From NCBI GenBank assembly GCA_016870595.1, contig VGBI01000003.1, positions 534 to 64,533 on the forward strand: DNA of 64,000 bases. The letters are read 5' to 3'. Below are positions 9,652 to 17,444 of this stretch, piece by piece. The notes under the pieces were generated by a model. That model searched no databases. It was not told the origin of the DNA and saw nothing but the letters and a program-made list of their open reading frames with translations. This DNA is from Actinomycetota bacterium. GTDB lineage: Bacteria > Actinomycetota > Acidimicrobiia > IMCC26256 > PALSA-555. Positions within the stretch are counted from its first letter, which is position 1; the number at the start of each line of letters is the position of its first letter. Made by a program: the position numbers and the translations under genes.

Positions 9652-10650
9652 TCACCGGGCGTCGCCGACGTGGGGGTCGGCGACCACCTCGTGGCGGAGG
9701 GGCTCGCCGGCGCGGTAGCGGCGCAGGTTGTCGGCGAACAGGTCGGCGCCGCGGGCGAAGCGGCCGTGGCCCCCCGACGACGAGTGCGGGGTGACCACCA
9801 CCTTGGGGTGGTCCCACAGTGGCGAGTCGGGCGGCAGGGGCTCGGTGGCGACCACGTCGAGCACGGCGAAGTCGGGTCGGCCCGCGTCGAGCGCGTCGAG
9901 CAGTGCCGCCTCGTCGACCACCGAGCCCCGGGCCACGTTGACCAGCACGGCGTCGGGGCGCATCGCGGCGAGGAACGCCGCGTCCACCAGGTGCTCGGTG
10001 GCGGGACCGCCGGGGAGCGCGCACACCACCACGTCGACGTCGCCGAGGTGGTCGATCACCGCCTCGGGACCGATCATCGCGTCGACCGGCTCGGTGCCGG
10101 TGGGTGTGCGTCGCACGCCGATCACGGTCGCGCCGAGGGCCCGGGCCCGCTCGGCCACCGCGGCGCCGATCGCCCCCACCCCGATCACCAGCCACGCGCT
10201 GCCCGCGACCTCGCGCCACTCGTGGTGCGCCCACCGGTGCGCGGCCTGCCCCTCCCGCCAGCGGTCGGCCCGCTGGAACCGGTCGAGCACCGCCCGCAGC
10301 ACGTACTCGGCGATGGGCACGTTGTTCACGTGCGCGGTGCACAGGCGCACGCCGCGCGCGAGGAGCCGTCGGAACGTCACGCCGTCGGTGCCCGCGCCGG
10401 CCGACTGCACGAACCGCAGCGGCGCCGACGCGACCAGCGCGTCGACGAACGCGGTGTCGTCGCCCCGTAGCACGTCGACCGACAGCCAGCCCACCTCGGG
10501 TGGATCCCCCGGGATCGCCCCGAGGTCGGGGTCGAACGCCACCAGGTCCACGCCGGGCACCGCCGCCTGGATGCGGTCACCCCAGCGCGCCCGCGCGTCG
10601 GCCGACACCTGCACCCGCACCGGACGGGTCTCGGGTCGGGGGGCGCTCAC
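9652..10650 (-). CDS. D-isomer-specific 2-hydroxyacid dehydrogenase, NAD-binding
   Basis: C-terminal part of ORF 9652..12246 trimmed to GTG 10648-10650, which overlaps the upstream TGA (GTGA). Motifs VIGVGAIGAAVAERARALGA, NVARGSVVDEAALLDAL, TPHSSS. Confidence 0.85.
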   Translation of the reverse strand: MSAPRPETRPVRVQVSADARARWGDRIQAAVPGVDLVAFDPDLGAIPGDPPEVGWLSVDVLRGDDTAFVDALVASAPLRFVQSAGAGTDGVTFRRLLARGVRLCTAHVNNVPIAEYVLRAVLDRFQRADRWREGQAAHRWAHHEWREVAGSAWLVIGVGAIGAAVAERARALGATVIGVRRTPTGTEPVDAMIGPEAVIDHLGDVDVVVCALPGGPATEHLVDAAFLAAMRPDAVLVNVARGSVVDEAALLDALDAGRPDFAVLDVVATEPLPPDSPLWDHPKVVVTPHSSSGGHGRFARGADLFADNLRRYRAGEPLRHEVVADPHVGDAR

Positions 10651-12713
10651 GCCGTGGTGAGGATCCGCAGCCGGACCGGGAGACCGGAGAACCGGGGCAT
10701 GCCGGTCAGCGGATCGCAGTCGGCGGCGTCGGAGGTCAGCGCGTTCACGTTGGGCCCGGTGACGCCGTCGAAGCCGTGGGGGACGCTGACGGTCCCGGCC
10801 CGGATCGTGTCGTTCACCTCGGCTCGGGCCGTGGTCGCACCGTGGGCGCTGGTGATCTCCACCGTGACACCGTCGGCGATGCCGAGACGCGCCGCGTCGT
10901 CGGGGTGCACGAGCAGGGTGGGGTACGGGGCGAGCGCGGCCTGGTCGCCCACGTCGCGCAGCGTGGTGTTCATCTGGCGGACCAGGCGCCGGTTCACGAG
11001 CACGAGGGTGTCGGGGGCGGGGCGCTCGGCCGCCCAGTCCGCGAACTGCGCCGCCACCGGGGCGGGGGCGAGGTCGAGGCGGCGGGGCAGGTTGTCGGGG
11101 ATCAGCCAGCCCGGCGCGGGCGCGTCGGTGGCGATCACCCCGTGGGGCGCGGCCTTCACCGTGGACCAGGGGAGCCGGGCGTCGGCGGTGAGGAGGTCGA
11201 GCACGTCGTCGTCGGTGAACCCGTCGGGCAACCGCTCGGCCAGGGCCGGGTTGCCGAGCACGGGCACGCCCATGCGGGCGCTCAACTGCGCGAACACCCA
11301 TGACGTCGGCTTCCGGTCGGCACCCGGCGGCACCAGCGCCGGGGTGTACTGCATGTAGACGACCGGGTGGAACATCGCGGTGTTGGCGTCGGCCCGCTCC
11401 ATCTGCCCAGTCACGGGCAGCACGACGGTGGCGAGGTCGGTGGTCTCGGTGTGGCGGATGTCGCACACGATCAACAGTTCGAGCGCAGCGAGGGCCCGGC
11501 GGATCTTGTCGGTGTCGGGGAACACCAGCGCCGGGTTGCCGCCCATCACGAACAGGGCCCGGATGTTGCCGGCCAGGATCTCGTCGGCCAGCGCCGCGGT
11601 GGGCAGCCCGCCGTAGCACGGGGGGATGTCGGGCCGGGTGCGGGCCCGGGCCCCGGTGTCGGTGGCGGCGGGGAGCGGGGCGTCCTCGCGCCGGCGCAGG
11701 AAGCCGGGGTTGAACATGGTGCCGCCGGGACGGTCGAGGCTCCCGGTCACCGCGCACAGCGCCCAGCCCAGCCACTCGGTGACGTTGGCCGCCGGGTTCA
11801 TCGACGCGCCGGTGCCGCTGGCGAAGCCGATGCGGGTCCCGCGCACCACGGCGTCGCGCGCGGCGACCAGCGTGGCCTCGGGCACGTCGCAGCACTCGGC
11901 CGCGTGCGCGAGCGTGTACGGCGCCACCAGCGCGCGCACGGCCTCGACCGACGCAGGATCGGCGCACGCCTCGAGGTACGCGACGTCGGGCCCGGCCGCG
12001 AGCGCCTCGCGCACGAGGTACGCGAGGAACGCAGGGTCGCTGCCCGGGCGCAGGGGCACGTGCACGTCGGCGAGCCGGGCGGTCTCGGTGCGACGGGGGT
12101 CGGCGACGACGATGGTCCCGCGCGCCTTGACCGCCCGCAGCGTGACCATCGGGTCGGGGACGATGTTGGCGTGCCCGTGGCTGACCAGCGGGTTCTGCCC
12201 CACGAACAGCAGGCAGTCGGTCGCGTGCACGTCGGGGGTCGACCACGGCAGCGTCGCCCCCGCGATCAGCTCGGGCACGTAGACCTTGTTGGGGCCGTCG
12301 ATGGTGATGGCGCTGTAGATCTGGTCGGAGCCGAGCGCCCGGAAGAACGGGTCGCTCACCATCGCGCCGGGGAAGTCGAAGCCCCAGCCGCTGGCCCGGT
12401 ACGCGGCCACCGCGTTCGGGCCCGACTCGGCGATGATGCGCCCCAGCCCGTCGGCCACGTGGTCGAGGGTGTGGTCCCAGTCGGCGGTCGTGCGCCCCCC
12501 GGGGTCGCCCGGGCGCCCGAGGAGCGGTTCGTCGAGCCGGGCCGGGTGGTGGTGGAGCTCCCCCGAGGCCCGGCCCTTCGAGCAGGTGTAGCCGCGCGAC
12601 ACCGGGTTGTCGGGGTCACCGGTCACCGCGACCACGCGGTCGCCCTCCACGGTGACGAGCAGACCGCAGAACGCGGGGCACAGCCGGCAGAACGTCGGGG
12701 TGGTCACCGCCAT
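10647..12713 (-). CDS. Molybdopterin (MopB-family) oxidoreductase, cytoplasmic, with N-terminal 4Fe-4S motif
   Basis: C-terminal 688 aa of ORF 10647..15518, starting at ATG 12711-12713 (MAVTTPTFCRLCPAFCG...YTCSKG gives C-x2-C-x3-C...C). There is no twin-arginine signal. The rest of the long ORF upstream is antisense junk. Confidence 0.9.
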   Translation of the reverse strand: MAVTTPTFCRLCPAFCGLLVTVEGDRVVAVTGDPDNPVSRGYTCSKGRASGELHHHPARLDEPLLGRPGDPGGRTTADWDHTLDHVADGLGRIIAESGPNAVAAYRASGWGFDFPGAMVSDPFFRALGSDQIYSAITIDGPNKVYVPELIAGATLPWSTPDVHATDCLLFVGQNPLVSHGHANIVPDPMVTLRAVKARGTIVVADPRRTETARLADVHVPLRPGSDPAFLAYLVREALAAGPDVAYLEACADPASVEAVRALVAPYTLAHAAECCDVPEATLVAARDAVVRGTRIGFASGTGASMNPAANVTEWLGWALCAVTGSLDRPGGTMFNPGFLRRREDAPLPAATDTGARARTRPDIPPCYGGLPTAALADEILAGNIRALFVMGGNPALVFPDTDKIRRALAALELLIVCDIRHTETTDLATVVLPVTGQMERADANTAMFHPVVYMQYTPALVPPGADRKPTSWVFAQLSARMGVPVLGNPALAERLPDGFTDDDVLDLLTADARLPWSTVKAAPHGVIATDAPAPGWLIPDNLPRRLDLAPAPVAAQFADWAAERPAPDTLVLVNRRLVRQMNTTLRDVGDQAALAPYPTLLVHPDDAARLGIADGVTVEITSAHGATTARAEVNDTIRAGTVSVPHGFDGVTGPNVNALTSDAADCDPLTGMPRFSGLPVRLRILTTA

Positions 12714-12757
12714 CGCGGCACCGTAGCCCAGGGGCCGCGCCCCGGTCCCGGGCCCGG

Positions 12758-13741
12758 TCAGTCCTCGCCGGCGTCGGGGGCCCGGAAGCGCCGGACGAGC
12801 CCCCGGGCGGTGTCGAGCCCGCCGACCGGTCGGAACGCGTCGGACTCGGCGGTGAGCTCCTCGACCTCGGCGTCGGTGAGGTCGAGGTCGGCGGCCGCCG
12901 CGTTGTGGCGAAGCTGTGCGACCGAGCTCGCCCCCGGGATTGCGACCACGTGGGGTCGGCGGACCAGCCAGGCCAGCGCGACCTGGGCCGGGGTGGCGTC
13001 GTGGGCGGCGGCGATCCGGCGCAGGGTGGCGAGCAGCGGCTCGGCGCGCGCGAGGTTCTCGGGCAGGCACAGCGGGTTGCGCCGGCGGGCCGTACCCGGG
13101 GGCGGGTGCTCGGCCGAGTACTTCCCGCCCAGCACGCCCATCTCGAGTGGGCTGTACGCGATGAGGATGCGGTCGTTGGCCTGCGCGTAGCCGACGTTGC
13201 CACGGTCGGGCTTGCGCCACAGCAGCGAGTAGTGCACCTGGTTGGTGAGCACCGGGCGGCCGAGGAAGCCGTCGGCCCTGGCCCAGCGGTCGGCCCCGAA
13301 GTTCGACACGCCCACGTGCGCGACCACGCCTTCGTCGAGCAGGCGGCGCATGCCGTCGAGCTGGGGCGCGAGCGGGAAGGCGGGGTTGGGCCAGTGGATC
13401 TGGTAGAGGTCGATGGTGTCGACGCCGAGGCGCAGCGCCGACTGGCGGCCGTGGTCGACCACCCGGGCGGAGGTCGGGGCGGCCGGGGTGAACTTGGTCG
13501 CCACGAACGCCTCGGCCCGCCGGTCCCCGAGCGCGCGGCCGACGATCGCCTCCGAGGCACCCCGGGCGTAGGCCTCGGCGGTGTCGATCAGGGTGATGCC
13601 GAGGTCGAGCGCGGTGCGCACCAGCTCGAGCGCGGTGGTCTCGCCGTACTCGCGTCCGTAGCCCCAGTCCTTCGACCCGAACTGCCAGCACCCGAGCCCG
13701 ATCGCCGCCACCCGGGTCCCGCCCGCCTCCACGTACCGCAC
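12758..13741 (-). CDS. Aldo/keto reductase
   Basis: ORF 12758..14281 trimmed to GTG 13739-13741 with a GGGAGG Shine-Dalgarno 7 nt upstream. Motifs GLGCWQFG, IDTAEAY, DLYQIHWP, IPGASS. Confidence 0.9.
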   Translation of the reverse strand: MRYVEAGGTRVAAIGLGCWQFGSKDWGYGREYGETTALELVRTALDLGITLIDTAEAYARGASEAIVGRALGDRRAEAFVATKFTPAAPTSARVVDHGRQSALRLGVDTIDLYQIHWPNPAFPLAPQLDGMRRLLDEGVVAHVGVSNFGADRWARADGFLGRPVLTNQVHYSLLWRKPDRGNVGYAQANDRILIAYSPLEMGVLGGKYSAEHPPPGTARRRNPLCLPENLARAEPLLATLRRIAAAHDATPAQVALAWLVRRPHVVAIPGASSVAQLRHNAAAADLDLTDAEVEELTAESDAFRPVGGLDTARGLVRRFRAPDAGED

Positions 13742-13862
13742 GTCCGTACCTCCCTCGCGTGTCCGACGTCCCGGTCCGCAGCCCGCGCCGGTCGCGGCCG
13801 TGGTCGCGGTCGGACGGGGTGGACCCCGGGGTCGGTGACGACCCGGGGATAGCGTACGGCCG

Positions 13863-15341
13863 ATGCCCCGGCGCCCCGACGCGACGTTCCTCGCCGAGCG
13901 CGGGTCGGTGTGGCGCTTCCTGGGCGCCCAGTCGTGCTCGTCGATCGGGGCCATCGCGCTCACCACGGTGCTGGGCATCCAGGTCTTCGCCCTCACCCGC
14001 AGCGAGTTCGCGCTGGGCCTGCTCGGCCTGGTCGAGTTCCTGCCGTCGCTGCTGCTGGTGCTGCTCACCGGAACGCTGGCCGACCGGATCGACCGGCGGC
14101 GCATGGCCAGCGTCGCCCTCGTGGTCGAGACCGCCGCCGCCGCCGGCCTCGCCTGGTACGCGACCACCGACCCCACGTCGGCCACGCCGATCTTCTTCCT
14201 CGTGCTGCTGTTCGGCACGGCCCGGGCGTTCGCCGCACCGGCGGTTCGGTCGATGCCCGCCGACCTCGTTCCGCACGGCAACCTCCCGTGGCTGACGGTG
14301 CGCTACTCGGGGACGTGGCAGCTCTCGGCGATCGTCGGCCCCGTGCTCGGCGGCTTCCTCTACGCGGCGAATCCGGCACTGCCGTTCGTGGCGGTGGCGG
14401 TGCTGTTCGGGACCGCGGCGTTCGGCATCATGACCGTGCGCTACGCGCGTCACGTGCGCGAGCGGGTCGCGGTGACCGCGATCGCCGAGCCGCTCGATGC
14501 GATCGAGCCCGCCGAGCTCGAGGGCCTCGAGATCGCCGCTGCGTCGGGCGCGCCGGGCGCGCCGGACGCACCGGGCACGCGTCCGAACCGACTCAAGGAG
14601 GCGCTCGAGGGCTTCCGGTTCATCCGGCGCGAGCCGGTGCTCCTTGGGGCGATCAGCCTCGACCTGATGGCGGTGCTCTTCGGTGGGGCGCTCGCCCTGC
14701 TCCCGGCGATCGCCGACGAGCGGCTCGGCGTCGACGCCGTGGGGCTGGGGTGGCTGCGGGCCGCGACCGGCATCGGGGCGGCGCTGATGACCATCACCCT
14801 GGCCTTCCGCCCGCTCGGCCGACGGATCGGTGTGGTCCTGCTCGCGGCGGTGGCCGTGTTCGGGCTGGGCACGGTCGTGCTCGGCGCGACCACGAACTTC
14901 ACGGTCGCGTTCGTCGCGCTGGCCGTGCTGTCGGCCGCCGACGCCATCAGCGTCTTCGTGCGGGCCACGCTCGTGCCCCTGCTCACGCCCGACGAGATGC
15001 GGGGCCGGGTGCTCGCGATGGAGATGGTGTTCATCGGGGCGTCGAACGAGCTCGGCGCGTTCGAGTCCGGGGTCACCGGCCAGATCTTCGGGCCCGCCCT
15101 CGCCGTGGTCATCGGTGGGGTCGCCTCGGTCGCCACCGCGGTGGCGTGGTGGTTCGGCTTCCCGGCCCTGCGCCGGACCGACCGCTTCCCCCGGATGGCC
15201 CTGCGCCCGACCCCCGCGACCGGCCCCGCGGGCGGCCCCGCGGCCGGCCCCGATCCCCCCGTTCCGACCGCCGGCGCCCCGCCTCCGACCGCCGCTCCGC
15301 CGCTCGGGACGGGGGTTTCCGGCGCATCTGACGAGGTGTAA
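13863..15341 (+). CDS. MFS transporter (EntS/MFS_3-like) with Pro-rich C-terminal tail
   Basis: About 12 hydrophobic segments and the GTLADRIDRRRM loop motif. Divergent from the AKR gene. Confidence 0.85.
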   Translation: MPRRPDATFLAERGSVWRFLGAQSCSSIGAIALTTVLGIQVFALTRSEFALGLLGLVEFLPSLLLVLLTGTLADRIDRRRMASVALVVETAAAAGLAWYATTDPTSATPIFFLVLLFGTARAFAAPAVRSMPADLVPHGNLPWLTVRYSGTWQLSAIVGPVLGGFLYAANPALPFVAVAVLFGTAAFGIMTVRYARHVRERVAVTAIAEPLDAIEPAELEGLEIAAASGAPGAPDAPGTRPNRLKEALEGFRFIRREPVLLGAISLDLMAVLFGGALALLPAIADERLGVDAVGLGWLRAATGIGAALMTITLAFRPLGRRIGVVLLAAVAVFGLGTVVLGATTNFTVAFVALAVLSAADAISVFVRATLVPLLTPDEMRGRVLAMEMVFIGASNELGAFESGVTGQIFGPALAVVIGGVASVATAVAWWFGFPALRRTDRFPRMALRPTPATGPAGGPAAGPDPPVPTAGAPPPTAAPPLGTGVSGASDEV

Positions 15342-15351
15342 GGTGACGCTC

Positions 15352-16584
15352 ATGTCAGACACGCAGAAGCCCGAGATCCCCAAGATCGTCAGCGTCGACG
15401 ACCACGTCGTCGAGCCGGCCCACGTCTGGCAGGCGTGGCTGCCCGAGAAGCACCGGGAGAAGGGGCCGCGCATCGAGCGGCACCGCTTCGGGAAGATGAA
15501 GCTGGTCAAGGGCGCCAAGTACGAGATGGAGCTCGACCCCGAGGGCCGCTGGGGCGACGCGTGGATCTACGAGGACGAGCTCGTCTACGTCCACAAGAGC
15601 CATGTGGCCATCCCATTGTCGGCCACGCCCGGCGGCGACAAGTCCAAGTTCGACCGCTCCCACATGAAGATGGAAGCGATGACGTACGAGGACATGCGGC
15701 CCGGGTGCTACGACCGCGACGCCCGCATCAAGGAGTTCGAGGAGAACTGGGTCGACGGCTCGCTGCCGTTTCCCACGTTCCCGCGCTTCTGCGGGCAGAC
15801 CTTCTACGAGGCCAACGACAAGGAGCTCGCGCTCGCCTGCGTCGAGGCCTACAACAACTGGATGGTCGAGGAGTGGTGCGGCGCGGGCGTCAACATCCCG
15901 TTGACCATCATCCCCCTGTGGGACGCCGACCTCGCCGCCAAGGAGGTGCTGCGCAACGCCGAGCGGAACGTGCACGCCGTCTGCTTCAGCGAGCTGCCTT
16001 CCGCCCTCGGTCTGCCCAGCATCCACTCGGGCTACTGGGACCCGTTCTTCCAGGCCTGCAACGACACCGACACCGTGATCTGCATGCACGTCGGCTCGTC
16101 GTCGACCAACCCGACCGGGTCGCCCGACGCCCCCCGGGGTGCGAGCGCCAGCATCGCCTTCAACAACCCGATGACCTCGCTCGGTGAGTACATGTGGGGG
16201 GTGCTGCCCCGCTTCGACAAGCTGCGCATCGCCTACTCCGAGGCCCAGGTCGGCTGGATCCCCTACGCCATCGAGCGGTCCGACTACGTCTGGGACCACC
16301 ACGACGGCTGGATGTCGAACAAGGAGCGCATGCCGGTCAAGCCCTCGACCTATTACTACGGTCGGGTGTTCGGCTGCTTCACGTCCGACTACCACGGTAT
16401 GAAGAGCCTCGACGAGATCGGTGTCGACCAGGTCTGCTTCGAGACCGACTACCCGCACACCGACACCTCGTGGCCCCACACCAAGGAAGAGGTCAGCCGC
16501 ATGTGCGAGGGCCTCTCCGACGAGATGATCTACAAGGTCGTCCGGGGCAACGCCATCGACATGCTCAGCCTCGACTGGGACTGA
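15352..16584 (+). CDS. Amidohydrolase-2 family protein (second paralog)
   Basis: ATG 15352 inside ORF 14830..16584. Motifs VSVDDHVVEP, ICMHVGSS, CFETDYPHTD. Ten nt after the MFS stop. Confidence 0.9.
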   Translation: MSDTQKPEIPKIVSVDDHVVEPAHVWQAWLPEKHREKGPRIERHRFGKMKLVKGAKYEMELDPEGRWGDAWIYEDELVYVHKSHVAIPLSATPGGDKSKFDRSHMKMEAMTYEDMRPGCYDRDARIKEFEENWVDGSLPFPTFPRFCGQTFYEANDKELALACVEAYNNWMVEEWCGAGVNIPLTIIPLWDADLAAKEVLRNAERNVHAVCFSELPSALGLPSIHSGYWDPFFQACNDTDTVICMHVGSSSTNPTGSPDAPRGASASIAFNNPMTSLGEYMWGVLPRFDKLRIAYSEAQVGWIPYAIERSDYVWDHHDGWMSNKERMPVKPSTYYYGRVFGCFTSDYHGMKSLDEIGVDQVCFETDYPHTDTSWPHTKEEVSRMCEGLSDEMIYKVVRGNAIDMLSLDWD

Positions 16585-16600
16585 GACCGGCGGCGACCCC

Positions 16601-17434
16601 GTGGCACGGCTCGCGGGCAAGGTGGCGGTGGTCACCGGTGGGGGCAACGGCCTCGGCCGGGCTACCGCACTGCGCTTCGCCGAGGAGGGCGCCGCGGTCG
16701 TGGTCGCCGACCTGCTCGACGGCGCCGGCGAGGAGACCGTCCGACTGATCGAGTCGGCGGGCGGTCGGGCGACGTTCGTGTCGGTCGACGTCACCAGCCG
16801 GGCCGACAACGATCGCATGGCCCGGACCGCGATCGAGGCCTTTGACGGCCTGCACGTGGTCGTGACCGCGGCGGGCGTCGCGACCGGCGAGTACGTGTCG
16901 GGCGACCTCGAGGGAGCCCAGAAGGCGATGCGCGCGCGGTTCGAGCCCGATCCGGCGCGCGGGTTCGTCGACCTCGACCTGGACGACTGGCAGTCGGTGC
17001 TCGACATCAACCTCACCGGCACGCTCAAGTCGCTGCAGGCCTGCGTGGCTGCCATGCTCGACCACGGCTGCGCCGCCGGCGGGAGCCTCGTCACCATCGC
17101 GTCGATCGGCGCCAAGCACCCCGACGCCGGCTCACTGCAGTACGGCGCGTCGAAGGCCGGCGTCTGGTGGATCACCAAGAAGCTCGCCCGGGATCTCGTG
17201 GGCAAGGGGATCCGGGTCAACTCGATCGGTCCCGGCTTCATCGAGACCAACATGACGGCGATCATGCAGTTCATGCCCCCGGCCCGGCTCGACCACATCC
17301 TCGGCCAGATCCCGATGGGCCGCATGGGCACGCCGCTCGAGATCGCCAACGCGGCGTTGTTCCTCGCCTCCGACGAGGCGAGCTACTTCACCGGCGAGAT
17401 CCTCCACCCCGACGGCGGCTTCTTCACCGACTGA
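16601..17434 (+). CDS. Short-chain dehydrogenase/reductase (SDR)
   Basis: VTGGGNGLGRA cofactor motif, YGASKAG catalytic motif, NSIGPGFIET. Confidence 0.9.
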   Translation: MARLAGKVAVVTGGGNGLGRATALRFAEEGAAVVVADLLDGAGEETVRLIESAGGRATFVSVDVTSRADNDRMARTAIEAFDGLHVVVTAAGVATGEYVSGDLEGAQKAMRARFEPDPARGFVDLDLDDWQSVLDINLTGTLKSLQACVAAMLDHGCAAGGSLVTIASIGAKHPDAGSLQYGASKAGVWWITKKLARDLVGKGIRVNSIGPGFIETNMTAIMQFMPPARLDHILGQIPMGRMGTPLEIANAALFLASDEASYFTGEILHPDGGFFTD

Positions 17435-17444
17435 CCCCCAACTC

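Noticed and set aside
10647-15518. A 1623-aa ORF suggesting a giant protein.
   Set aside because: Only the C-terminal 688 aa (from ATG 12713) look like protein, namely the MopB oxidoreductase. The upstream part overlaps the AKR and MFS genes in other frames or strands and is compositional junk.
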